A DNA stretch of 64,000 nucleotides from Haliotis rufescens (taxonomy: Eukaryota): NCBI RefSeq assembly GCF_023055435.1, contig NW_025964212.1, positions 2,604,001 through 2,668,000 on the forward strand, in the 5' to 3' direction. Position 1 is the stretch's first letter, and every line of letters starts with the position of its first letter. The notes beneath the pieces are model-generated. The model had not been told where the DNA came from. It worked only from the letters and a program-made list of their open reading frames with translations, and did not search any database. The translations under genes and the position numbers were made by a program. This document shows, piece by piece, positions 29,401 through 40,100 of the stretch.

Positions 29401-29748
29401 TTGATCAGTTTGACTCTCACTGTTGAAGTTTCTTGGATGGGCAACACCTGAGATCTAACGTTTTATCTATTACAGGAAATGCGTCACTTCGAGACCCTGC
29501 AGGAGAAGATTATTCAGATGGAGAACCGCCACGAGCAGCGGGAATCTGAACTGAAGCAGATCATAGCCAACACTCAGAGAGTTGCTTCCCTTGAGCTCGA
29601 CCAGGAAGGAGAGAAATGGAGGAAGATTGTCGAAGTGAAGAACAAAGAGATCGAGAAGTTTCGGGCAGAGCTGGACTCCATCCTGGACGTTCTGCGCCTC
29701 CTCCAGAAACAAGGTGTCATGTTACCGGTCAGCTCCATTCACTCATGA
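2348..29748 (+). CDS. CEP162: Centrosomal protein of 162 kDa (CEP162/QN1) orthologue, 3' part; 18 coding exons in window, 5' exons lie upstream
   Basis: Exons join in phase through GT-AG introns. Recognisable CEP162 motifs: [43 protein letters not shown], and C-terminal KNKEIEKFRAELDSILDVLRLLQKQGV. Confidence 0.93.
2756..3030 (+). mobile_element. SINE family B, Nin-domain-like (other copies at 44899-45150, split at 31477-31785, partial at 1-118)
   Basis: aacccatgcttg...aggcgactaacggg core; (caaa)n tail; repeated in window. Confidence 0.75.
3064..3228 (+). CDS. CEP162: CEP162 exon (KKSRSRFSHIQSSGYGK...)
   Basis: gtttcag| ... |gtacta; SSGYGK motif; phase 1/1. Confidence 0.8.
3723..3850 (+). 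CDS. CEP162: CEP162 exon (...LLQSVESFASYIRDHF...)
   Basis: ctgccag| ... |gtaggt; phase 1/0, open frame. Confidence 0.75.
3877..4960 (+). repeat. 30-bp minisatellite (gggaagctagggctccactcgtgttgtaat)
   Basis: Tandem units. Confidence 0.95.
5166..5289 (+). CDS. CEP162: CEP162 exon (VKYSSEE...RLASLQ-G)
   Basis: ttgtcag| ... |gtaagt; coiled-coil; phase 0/1. Confidence 0.85.
5455..6678 (+). repeat. 26-bp minisatellite (gttatccaggtgatatttccctccat)
   Basis: Tandem units ending at the exon acceptor. Confidence 0.95.
6679..6791 (+). CDS. CEP162: CEP162 exon (EMRTLQQQ...KQENFVLAAK)
   Basis: tatccag| ... |gtacga; phase 1/0. Confidence 0.88.
6860..9830 (+). repeat. 21-bp minisatellite (ccctagttcagcatctacacc)
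   Basis: Tandem units. Confidence 0.95.
9889..10142 (+). CDS. CEP162: CEP162 exon (...EIKDQESLIAGFQTENQRLY...)
   Basis: ttccccag| ... |gtaggt; phase 0/2. Confidence 0.9.
10212..10495 (+). mobile_element. tRNA-derived SINE, V-SINE-like
   Basis: gggttcgaatccc B box; ggtttgtcag...tttcctccc core; (actc)n tail; TSD tgtagttgga. Confidence 0.75.
10531..11305 (+). repeat. 79-bp tandem repeat
   Basis: About 10 near-identical units. Confidence 0.95.
11335..11640 (+). mobile_element. Helentron/HINE-like non-autonomous element
   Basis: 5' hairpin cccccgcc-caacaaagttg-gcggggg, (gtcc)n microsatellite, catgaaactt core. Confidence 0.6.
11669..11819 (+). CDS. CEP162: CEP162 exon (SQLEQKDL...ELTEAK)
   Basis: gttgtag| ... 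|gtgaaa; phase 2/0. Confidence 0.85.
12477..12626 (+). CDS. CEP162: CEP162 exon (RQSEIQQRE...TPEQAK)
   Basis: gttcag| ... |gtaagt; 150 nt, open frame. Confidence 0.88.
12650..13320 (+). repeat. 63/66-bp tandem repeat
   Basis: Tandem units. Confidence 0.93.
13628..13789 (+). CDS. CEP162: CEP162 exon (ELKAQHEEE...[13 protein letters not shown]...)
   Basis: tgtgtag| ... |gtgagg; conserved WYAENQ motif. Confidence 0.92.
13870..16175 (+). repeat. 96-bp tandem repeat
   Basis: Tandem units. Confidence 0.95.
16302..16385 (+). CDS. CEP162: CEP162 exon (TGRKLEE...[11 protein letters not shown])
   Basis: tttgtag| ... |gtaggt. Confidence 0.92.
16764..16991 (+). CDS. CEP162: CEP162 exon ([19 protein letters not shown]...)
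   Basis: atgcag| ... |gtggtt; conserved motif. Confidence 0.92.
17113..18425 (+). repeat. 23/46-bp minisatellite
   Basis: Alternating 23-bp subunits. Confidence 0.95.
18442..18658 (+). CDS. CEP162: CEP162 exon (YKFESRVSDLEKQL...INKNQH)
   Basis: gttgcag| ... |gtcagt; phase 1 matches next exon; the donor is the first unit of a minisatellite. Confidence 0.82.
18654..21550 (+). repeat. 33/35-bp minisatellite (cacacagtcagtgtcagcactctcacacagtctta)
   Basis: Tandem units starting at the exon donor. Confidence 0.95.
21727..21873 (+). CDS. CEP162: CEP162 exon (LMKNDTS...LRKEKTG)
   Basis: ctttag| ... |gtgagc; phase 1/1. Confidence 0.85.
22090..24330 (+). repeat. 21-bp minisatellite (atgatgaggttaaagagttgt)
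   Basis: Tandem units with higher-order blocks. Confidence 0.95.
24394..24566 (+). CDS. CEP162: CEP162 exon (...YEPQTFADSDITQVLHENQDLRTT)
   Basis: ttcacag| ... |gtaaga; phase 1/0. Confidence 0.88.
24720..24827 (+). CDS. CEP162: CEP162 exon (VESLQLELDQQR...DYQDQ)
   Basis: gtgtcag| ... |gtgagc. Confidence 0.88.
24851..25019 (+). mobile_element. SINE family A
   Basis: Same consensus; TSD ctcagca(t/g)tagg. Confidence 0.88.
25303..25801. mobile_element. MITE with long TIRs (caatctcattaaaatcagatc...), MULE-like
   Basis: Three copies in window; long TIRs. Confidence 0.8.
25859..25975 (+). CDS. CEP162: CEP162 exon (IDSLRLSHQQELQ...CDSQE)
   Basis: gtttcag| ... |gtaggc. Confidence 0.9.
26330..29065 (+). 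repeat. 42-bp, then 39-bp, minisatellite (ttgactgatctctcccagaacaccacctca...)
   Basis: Tandem units. Confidence 0.95.
29080..29229 (+). CDS. CEP162: CEP162 exon (VMIQHLQQQL...EAKKSHSP)
   Basis: gttccag| ... |gtaagt. Confidence 0.9.
29476..29748 (+). CDS. CEP162: CEP162 last coding exon (EMRHFETL...FRAELDSILDVLR...*)
   Basis: ttacag|; conserved C-terminus; TGA stop. Confidence 0.95.
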   Translation, partial: EMRHFETLQEKIIQMENRHEQRESELKQIIANTQRVASLELDQEGEKWRKIVEVKNKEIEKFRAELDSILDVLRLLQKQGVMLPVSSIHS

Positions 29749-29966
29749 CATCCAGAAACATGTCGTGACATTAGCTCAGGGTCTCATGACAAGATGTTTT
29801 GAGGAATATCAAACTTTAAACTGTGATAACCTGTTCAGCAGGTGTTGTATGTGCTCTCAGGGAGCCATGGCACACAGCCAGGGCAGTACCATGCATGAGA
29901 TAATCCTAACTCTCACTGTCATCACCTCAATGAAATCTGACTCTCAAAGGGCTGCAGTTGCTATTA

Positions 29967-30135
29967 GGTGGGGCGGTCGGGTAGCCTAGTGGTTAAAGCG
30001 TTGGCTCGTCACGCCGAAGACCCGGGTTCAATTTCCGACATGGGTACAATGTGTGAAGCCCGTTTCTGGTGTCCCCCGTCGTGATATTGCTGGAATATTG
30101 CTAAAAGCGGCATAAAACCATACTCACTCACTCAC
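29967..30135 (+). mobile_element. SINE family A, in probable CEP162 3' UTR
   Basis: Same consensus; TSD tgctattagg. Confidence 0.88.
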
Positions 30136-30288
30136 TGCTATTAGGGAGTCAAATTAACACACTGCTTGCATCAGACCAGTGTTAGATGTCAACAGTTATG
30201 ATTCAGTCAGAAAAGTGATGTAGTGAGTGAACTGGTGAAAGGTGTTTTACACTATAGTCAAGAATTGTAGCTATTACATGTGGTATGT

Positions 30289-30439
30289 AGGGATGGTGGG
30301 GTAGGCGAGTGGTTAATCTGTCACAAGTCACGCTGAAGACCTGGATTCCCCACATGGGTAAAATGTGTGAAGCCAATTTCTCTGGGGCCCCTGCCGTGAT
30401 ATTGCTGGAATATTACTAAAAGCGGCACTCACTCACTCA
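30289..30439 (+). mobile_element. SINE family A, diverged copy
   Basis: Same consensus with many substitutions. Confidence 0.75.
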
Positions 30440-30483
30440 TGTAGCATGTAAGTTCTTGAAACAAGCCAGTGTACATGATCCCC

Positions 30484-30866
30484 CAATCTCATTAAAATCA
30501 GATCATAGTTTTTGCTACCGCTAACCAAATATCTGAGGACATCCCATTATGGGTCATGTCGGCACGACCTTTCGCAAACATTGACTGACCAATGAAATGA
30601 CTGACAAGAAATCGACATTTGCCAATCAGAAGGCAGCTCTCTCTCAATCTTTACGGCACTAGTTTCAAACTGGCGACTACGCTTTGAAACATATTTTGAC
30701 ATATTCTCGATTAAAAAAAATTAAAACTGACCAAAACAACAGTCTGGAATGACTTATACGCTCTGATTGGTTGGATGAAAGGTCGTGCTGACGTGATCCG
30801 TATTGGGATGTCCTCAGATCTTTGTTTAGCGGTAGCGAGAACTAAGATCTGATTTTAATGAGATTG
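30484..30866. mobile_element. Same MITE family, internally deleted
   Basis: TIRs; TSD catgatcccc. Confidence 0.85.
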
Positions 30867-31220
30867 CATGATCCCCATGACATGGAATTATATGACAACA
30901 GGTCTCTCAGTGGCTGGACACACACACCGAGGGGTGCATGTCAGAAGCTGGCGGCAGATTGTACAATTTGTAATCTACCAGTCCAACGTTCATATTCAAT
31001 AATGACACGTCTTGACCAGTCTTAACCACTGTCAGGCAGTTGATCCTGATCAGCCAAACGCGGGTGTACTAGAAGTCAGTATGTATACACCTGTATATTA
31101 CCAATATATATTGTGTACTATAATTAGATATATATTTATTTTGTTATACCATGTATTTGTAAAGTAAACATGAAAACAAATTCCGTGTTTTTGTTTTTTG
31201 TATAACTGATCACAGTGCTC

Positions 31221-31292
31221 AATAAAACATGCAAAAGTGCAACCTATTATTGAAAATGTAACCTAATATTTATATGTGCATGTCAAATAAAA
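31221..31292 (+). terminator. Candidate CEP162 polyadenylation signals (AATAAA at 31221 and 31287)
   Basis: AATAAA hexamers in AT-rich sequence about 1.5 kb after the stop codon. Confidence 0.4.
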
Positions 31293-31521
31293 TTCATATT
31301 TGTGTGACTTGCCCTTACTTGTCCGCACAAAATTGATCTTTGAACACACTCAATACCTCTAAAGTTTATTTACCATACTACATCACTAATCCCTGTGTTA
31401 CATGTAATTTGTCATGCTTTCTAAGGCTTGACATCAATCTGTGGGTACTGGAAGATTATGTGCACATATTCCCATTGACCCGTTAAGATCAGGGTAGAAT
31501 AGTTTCATCAACAACCCATGA

Positions 31522-31685
31522 GGGGCGGTTGGGTAGCATAGTGGTTAAACCGTTCTCCCGTCACGCCGAAGACCCGTGTTCGATTCCCGACATGGGTACA
31601 ATGTATGAAGCCCGTTTCTGGTGTCCCCCGCTGTGATACTGCTGGAATATTGCTAAAAGCGGCATAAAACCATACTCACTCACTC
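31522..31685 (+). mobile_element. SINE family A inserted into a family B SINE
   Basis: TSD caacaacccatga; flanks are family B sequence. Confidence 0.85.
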
Positions 31686-32041
31686 AACAACCCATGATTG
31701 TCGTAAGAGGCGACTAACAGGATCAGGTGGTCAGACTCGCAGTCATGTAGCTTGAATATTGCTGAGTGTGGTGCTAAACTACAAACTTGCTCCTATTACG
31801 TTTTACAGAAATGTGTCATTAATTTAAGTGACATTGGCAGCTGAGAGGCCTATCTTTGCTAAATTTATGGGATCAGGGTGCAACTTGGTTTTGATTGGTG
31901 CAACCTGGTTTTGATTGGTGCAACTTGGTTTTCATGTAAACATGCCCCTGGTACAAGTTAAATTCCTTAAATCAAGCACTGTGACCATATCTGTATCTCG
32001 AATGATCATATGTATTGATTGCCAGGGAGTGTAGGATTTCA

Positions 32042-32347
32042 TATCCTGTCCCTCCTGGGACACATTATCCTGTCCCTCCTGGGACACATTATCCTGTCCC
32101 TCCTGGAACACATTATCCTGTCCCTCCTGGAACACATTATCCTGTCCCTCCTGGGACACATTATCCTGTCCCTCCTGTCCCTCCTGGGACACATTATCCT
32201 GTCCCTCCTGGGACACATTATCCTGTCCCTCCTGGAACACATTATCCTGTCCCTCCTGGGACACATTATCCTGTCCCTCCTGGGACACATTATCCTGTCC
32301 CTCCTGGGACACATTATCCTGTCCCTCCTGTCCCTCATTATCCTGTC
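32042..32347 (+). repeat. 24-bp minisatellite
   Basis: ttatcctgtccctcctgggacaca units. Confidence 0.93.
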
Positions 32348-32802
32348 CAAAACTAGCAAGTCTACAAGTTAGCAAAAATCTCGGTTTATTGCAGCTCTCA
32401 GGAATGTTAGAAAGCACCTAATTTGAAAAGACATGATTTACAAGTTCTGTCAGTCTCAATAAGTGTCAACAAAAAAAGGGGAACAAGACAATTTGGAAAT
32501 ATCTTCAACAAACATGTACTGCAATACTGGAATGTTTTTTCTATCCTGGTTAACATCAATAATACAGACTACTATCAATTGTGATATCATTAACAACACA
32601 GATTCATTAAGAACACTTTCAAGGCACTTAATCAAATTGTAGAATTGAGGTAACATTGAAAATATCATGAAGCTGTTACAAATGTTTTCAAGGCTGTCCT
32701 GGATATGGTGTATCTAGCTAACTTGTAGAAAATATAAAGTTGGAACAATAAAATACATTCTACATAAACTGCAGCAACAAAATAAATACTTCTCTAATAA
32801 AG

Positions 32803-33290
32803 CAATCTCATTAAAATCAGACCTCAGTTCTCGCTACCGCTAAACAAAGATCTGAGGACATCCCATTAAGGGTCACGTAAGACCGACCTTGCGCGAACTT
32901 TGACCGACCAATAGAATGACCAATCAGAAGGCAGCTTTCTCGTGCTTTACAGCACTAATTTCAAATTGGCAACTACGCTTCGAAACATATTTTGACAAAT
33001 TCTTGATTACAAATTTGAAACCTAAACAAAAGAACATTCTGGAATGGCTAAAGATGGTCTAGATTGTATGGAATCAGGCATTAAACCTGTAACTATCTTT
33101 CGGAATACCCCGTGTTGAAGTTTTCGAGGTTGTGTGATTAGAAATCACATTCCGACTGTCACTTTCCTGATCTGGTAAGCAACGCTCTCATTGGTCGGAT
33201 GAAAGGTTGTTCTGACGTGACCCCTAATGGGATGTCTTCAGATCTTTGTTTAGCGGTAGCGAGAACTAAGGTCTGATTTTAATGAGATTG
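32803..33290. mobile_element. Same MITE family
   Basis: TIRs; 9-bp TSD ctaataaag. Confidence 0.85.
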
Positions 33291-34086
33291 CTAATAAAGT
33301 GGACGGAATGATAATCTGGCTTACAATAAGACAACTAGCATTGATTCGTAGAAACAGAATCACTCAACATAAACATGGACAAACTTTGTAACATAACAAC
33401 GTGTAAAATAACAATGGACGGAGTAAATCTAAGGTCATATGATCGGAGGCTGATACTGCATAAAGCTTTAGATTCTGTAAACAGGCTTTGTACATTAAGA
33501 ATTAATTAAAAGGAGAGCGCTTTACCCTGACAACAAATGTGTTCCGTCATTCAAGGGCATCCTAGATCGGTCCTGCATGGCACTGCATCATGGGACATCA
33601 CAGAACCATCAAGTGACGTCCAGTGTCTGAATCAGCTCAATCCAACAGTGCTTCACTTGCCAGAAGCGTTGATACATTAATTTGGTAACTAGTAAAATGG
33701 CTATACTACAACAATAATAAATTATCACAGATCTTTGCCTGATGTAGCACAGTTACATCAGCTGTCTTGAACACGTCTCCCAGTCTCGTGCCGGGGCTTA
33801 CAGTAGCAGCAGAGTCCAGCTAATCACTATAGTGTAGCATCTTCGTCATTCCACGACCTACTGCTGTGTCTACACACCTTGTTCTGTCGAAAACAACAAG
33901 GTACAACACATTACACCAGGTCACATGACAGTCACATGACAGTCACATGACCGTGAGTAGAAACCAGTCGTGTATTAACACAGCAAGTTCCGCCTCTAGC
34001 TGAGTTCCATAGGAACGTTCATCATAATATCCCCTTTTGTCTCATCTGAAGAACTACTCGGCTACGTGTTCATGCAATGGCGCCCT

Positions 34087-34191
34087 CTAGTGGTAGTGTC
34101 TGGCTGACTGGGCCCTCTGCCGTACACTGTTGCTAGAGGTTTGGCCACGCTGTAGCTGTGAAATTGGTGGATGACCTCGAAACCCTCCAGA
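34087..34191 (-). CDS. CEP126: CEP126-like last coding exon (SGGFRGHPP...RAQSARHYH*)
   Basis: gttacag|; phase 0; TAG stop. Confidence 0.6.
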   Translation of the reverse strand, partial: SGGFRGHPPISQLQRGQTSSNSVRQRAQSARHYH

Positions 34192-37100
34192 CTGTAACAC
34201 AAATGGTAGGTAATTAGGACCATAAAAATATGCATTACACAAACATCAATAACCATCAACACAACGTGAAATTGTATGTACAGTAGGACATGGATATAAC
34301 GAACTACAAGGGACCAGAAAAATCAGTTTGTTATATCCGTTGTTCTTTATATGCGTTTTCGCTCGGAAACGTCCGCCATCTTGGATAAAACAAAACCCAA
34401 TACACGTAATTGCAGCATTGACTTGTATTAGCAGTGATCACTTCATAGCATTCAAATGATAACATTTCATAACATTCATTTAAGTTTAACAAGGTTGATC
34501 CGTCACCGCTGATTGTGTTGATTCGCCGCGATTGTGTTGATTCACCGCTGATTGCGTACAGCCAATTGTCAGTGACACTTGACACTGAGTGAGATTTCTT
34601 AGCTCGCTATACTCGTCACTAATTAGTGATAGATGGGCTTGTCGGTGATCAGATAACAGTTCGCTGTAGAGAGTTTGTTATATACATACATTTTATATGA
34701 TATTATATAGGAGATAAATCGGGGATTGTTTAACAGTTTGTTGTATCCATTTGTTCGCTATATCCGTGTTCTACTGTAATATTGCCAATATTCCTCCCAT
34801 GTGTAACTCAAGAGCAATCTGGGCATCGGTCAACTCACTAGCTGCACATAAATCTCTGACATCATAACTTGTGGGCAGAGCTACAGATAAGCTGCGTATT
34901 TGCATAAAATACCCAAAAAAATTATTCAAAACCCAATTACTTTCAATTAACTTGCGTACGGAATCGCATGCATTAAATGGAAAACTTGTTTGAAAACAGC
35001 ATACGTAAATACCCAATGAAGCTTTTTCAGCATGCGAACAACGGTGCTAATATCTGCAACACATTTACGAGCTTATTTACTTTCCGAGTCAAGCCTATAT
35101 TGAGAACCGTTATATTACATCTAAAACATTTTTTCGTATTTTTTTTAAATCTCAAAATGTTTACTCATTTTTGGAAAAAAACAATAGAGTGATGAATAGA
35201 TGAGTGAAAAAAAATTGGTAATCCAATGAAAATTATATATCCCAATTAAAATAGAAACCGTCTAGTAAAAACTCAGTTGCTAAAAAAGTTATCTGGAGCT
35301 CTGTTGTGGGACAATCATAACTGGAGATGGACGGTATTAGGGCTGGGACAAGTCCAAATTTACTACCCGGGTACCCACCCCACTATTACCTGACCCTACC
35401 CAAGTACCCACTGTAGGTCTCATGAGATGGGCACAAACAGTCCGATAGGGAAAAGTTTGACAGTACACCTGGCAAACTGTTGAGAAACAACAATAAAACG
35501 ATCTGGTCATGCATACACTGAAGTTGCCTGAAGTTTTATCTTTATTCAAACATATATAAGTCAGAAGGAATGGGTTCACAGTCATAAAGAAATGCGAACT
35601 TGTGACTTGTAGTGTAACCATTGAGCTATAGTGAGCTTTTGTCATTAAACTATACATCACTTGACTAACCATGGGTCCAGATAGTCCTGTGGGTACCCAG
35701 GTCCTACTCATGACCCATTCGACCCGAGGACCCGAGTTACCCGTCCCAGCCCTAATCAATATGTCACATTGAAAACATGGATCAAAGCAGTCATGAGACA
35801 CCGATGAACCACATGAACAACTTCACCATCAGATGTCTTTTGCAGAGGGGCAGTGAAGCATAAGGTGTAGTTACTTGAATTATGATTCATTATCATTAAT
35901 GAAGTATATCACGCTCATAATGCATTAAAGCATATCATGCTTCATAAAGTAAATGAATTGAATTATGCTTCATAATGTTTTGAAGTGCATCATGCTTCAT
36001 TACATATTCAAAGGCTGAAGTGTCATGCAACATAAATGGTGTATTGTTTAGAGAAATGTTTCTGCAGATGGACCAAGAACATGATCGATATAAACCAATG
36101 CAAATATTTTCTTTTTCTCTTCACAGTTCAAACACACTATTATCAAGCCCTTTCAGAGGAGACCGACCAAGACCTGGCAGTGATGATAGCATCTTCCACC
36201 TGATGCTTTCTCTTCACCTGCCTATTGTCTCTTCTCGTCCCTTACTCCTTCCATCTGACTCCTACCTTTACATATCCATATCTTGTCCTACCCTGCCTAC
36301 CCCGTCCTACCCCTGCCCCTTCCACCCCAGACTCCTACCCCCTTATATATTCATATCTTGTGCTACCCCATCCTACCCATTCCACCCCAGACTCCTACCC
36401 CCTTATATATTCATATCTTGTGCTACCCCATCCTACCCCTTCCACCCCAGACTCCTACCCCCTCATATATTCATATCTTGTCCTACCCCATCCTACCCCT
36501 TCCACCCAGACTCCTACCCCCTTATATATTCATATCTTGTGCTACCCCTTCCTACCCCTTCCAACCCAGACTCCTACCCCCTTATATATTCATATCTTGT
36601 GCTACCCCTTCCTACCCCTTCCACCCTAGACTCCTACCCCCTTATATATTCATATCTTGTCCTACCCCATCCTACCCCTTCCACCCCAGATTCCTACCCC
36701 CTCATATATTCATATCTTGTCCTACCCCATCCTACCCCTTCCACCCTAGACTCCTACCCCCTTATATATTCATATCTTGTGCTACCCCATCCTACCCCTT
36801 CCACCCCAGACTCCTACCCCCTTATATATTCATATCTTGTGCTACCCCATCCTACCCCTTCCACCCCAGACTCCTACCCCCTCATATATTCATATCTTGT
36901 CCTACCCCCCCCCCCCCCCCCCATCCTACCCCTTCCACCCCAGACTCCTACCCCCTTATATATTCATATCTTGTCCTACCCCCACCCCCCCCCCCCCCCA
37001 TCCTACCCCTTCCACCCCAGACTCCTACCCCCTTATATATTCATATCTTGTGCTACCCCTTCCTACCCCTTCCAACCCAGACTCCTACCCCCTTATATAT

Positions 37101-40100
37101 TCATATCTTGTGCTACCCCTTCCTACCCCTTCCACCCTAGACTCCTACCCCCTTATATATTCATATCTTGTCCTACCCCATCCTACCCCTTCCACCCCAG
37201 ACTCCTACCCCTTATATATTCATATCTTGTCCTACCCCTTCCATCTCAGACTCCTACCCCGTCCTACCCCTTCCATCTCAGACTCCTACCCCCTCATATA
37301 TCCATATCTTGTCCTACCCCTACTATTTCCTACCCTTTCCATCTCAGTCTCCTACCCCTTCATATATCCATATCTTGTCCTACCCCTCAGGCCACAAAGT
37401 TGCGACTAAATTGGTCGCCATGGCGATCTAGTTTTGTATTTTGCGACTGGTATTTTCATGTCAGTCGCCAACTGGCTCCTTGTCTTTAATTAAGTTTGGC
37501 GACTAAATATCTCTTGTCATAAGATATTAAAAAAGATCGTTTTTAATATAAGTGCGGTAACTTCAGTGAAAAAAAATCGATATCAGAACATAATAACATC
37601 GACTAGATCCCTGCTAGGCCATGTGTACTGTTTTCGCTTTCGATATGAAGCTCCATACCTGGAATGAAGGAAGCACTTTCCGTTATTAAGTAATGCACTA
37701 ACGGTGTTAAGAGTTTAGTACCCACGCATGCGCTGTACGACATCCGCCCAGGTGACAGCTGTGGTGGTCGTTTCGCCTTTCAAAAACACGAAGTATTTTT
37801 CCATATTTGCGCAAGTCCAAACAACAACAAATCGTTGTCAATCGGCAAATGATGTATACCGTATTTTCTTAAGTATAGTGCGCACCCCTCTCTAGCGGAT
37901 TCAGAATTTTTTTGGGAAAAAAATTCGAATAGATCTTCCAAGCGCAGAAAAAAAATTACACCGTAGATATATCTACCCCTTTAGCGAAGTCCGGCAAACG
38001 AACGGGTGATGAGAAACATGGTCAGTACAAATTCGAGATTTGAGAGAAAAAATCACCAGATATGTTGATTTACCGTTTAAATTGTATTTTTTGTTCTGCT
38101 AGCTAGGCATTGTTTTATATCCAGGGATTAAGATTACCATGTGTATCTTCTCGTAAACTAAGCCGGACGCAGCAATCAGCTGTACACACATTTTCTTGGA
38201 ATTTACCGGTGATTCAGTCAAGACACACCCAATGATATAACTTTACAGGGTTTTAATGCAAGGATCGGCAAAAATTGTACCTGAAACTATTTTTTTATCA
38301 GAAATAATATATTCCAATATCTTGTTAATTTAGATGCAGCTTTTACTAAACATATTTGAAATAATAATAACCCTAAGCGAAGCAGCTGATTGCTATTACT
38401 GGGTATTACATGGTTTTACATGGAACCAGTCCGACCAGTCACCATCAAGGCTCCCGCGCACGTGATTGCGTGAATTACGTGTTGACATAGAATCGTCCAA
38501 CAAAAACAAATATGACTTTTAACGAGTCAAAGTATGGCATTTATGACATATATGTATCCATTCTCTGTCAACTAAAGTTCGTTTCAAGGCGTCAATAGCG
38601 GTAATCTGACCGTGGTTTCTGTTAATAACGGTGAATTGTGCGATCTTCCGATCGCTTCACACACGATTTCGCCGAAATTAATTAAAACAATATTAAAAGT
38701 AATTTTGAATAAAATTAATGAAATAAGTTACAAACATAAGTCCAGATATACAAAGAACACTTTTTATAGTCAGACAGTGTAATTACATGATTAATTTGCG
38801 TACTTCAGTATGGATTTGTTGACATGGTATTTCCGGTGTTACGTGCTCACGGTCTTTCCAAGGGGGTAAAACATCAAAACTCATTATTTCGTGTATAATG
38901 CGCACCCCCTTCTACACAGCTGTGGTTTTTTTTGGAAAAAAATGCGCAGTATACTAAAGAAAATACGGAATGCTTTGAATGGCGAAGCTGACACGGAAGT
39001 TTCATCGTCTGTCGACACGTTCGATGAACCAAAACCTGCAACTGGCACCGGTAAACTGTCAGATGATGTTACTGATGGATTTACTGACACGATGTCCTAA
39101 AGCTTGTTTGATGATGTTCCTGACACAATGTTCTAAAGCTTGTTTGTCTGAAAAACTCAAAAGCTTCAACAACAGTTGTTGTTCATGATATAAAACTGAT
39201 TATTTAAACTAATGGATTTTTTTGTGTTTTGTTATGCAGAAGCTCAGTTAAATTACAAGTCATTACTTTTGGCTCCTTACATTTTGCCTTGGCTCCTTGA
39301 AATTCTATTTGGCTCCTTGAAAAAAAAATTAGGAGACAAGTGGCTCCTTTGAATTTTTTTTGAACTTTGTGGCCTGCCCCTTCCATCTCAGACTCCTACC
39401 CCCTCATATATCCATATCTTGTCCTACCCCTTCCATCTCAGTCTCCTACAACCTCATATATCCATATCTTGTCCTACCCCATCTTACCCCGCCCTATCCT
39501 TCCATCTCAGTCTCCTACCACTTTATATACTACTCAAAAGGGGTTAAGGATCACCTAATTCTTTCATATTACTATAGTTAATCTCTCATGCCATGGCAGA
39601 TTAACTTTACCAATATGAAAGAATCGGGTGATCCTTAACTTCTTTTGAGTAGTATATATCTATATCTTGTCCTACCCCTACCATTCCCTACCCCTTCCAT
39701 CTCAGTCTCCTACCCCTTCATATATCTATACCTTGTCCTACCCCTACCATTCCCTACCCATTCCATCTACTTCCGTACCCCTTCCAACCTCTCCCATCAA
39801 GCTGTGAGAGGTAGGGGCTTGTGCACTGTCATATGCAGTGTTCCAACCCGATTAGATGAATTACTTGCATCAGAACACACTAAACACACAAGCACTACAT
39901 GTACTCCACTACATACTGCACACTACACACACACTAGCATGTTACTGCAATTCTCTTCTGTGCCCACACATCGAGCTTCACAAAAACACAAAAAATAGCA
40001 GGAAGTGGAGTGCCTGTCATCACAACAACTGATGTGATTAGTGCTGACACAGGCAGAGAGACAGAGTGAGACACGTGATGAGACAGGCAGAGAGACAGAG

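Noticed and set aside
36020-37489. Proline-rich, extensin-like ORFs
   Set aside because: Translations of the 60-bp minisatellite, open in several frames.
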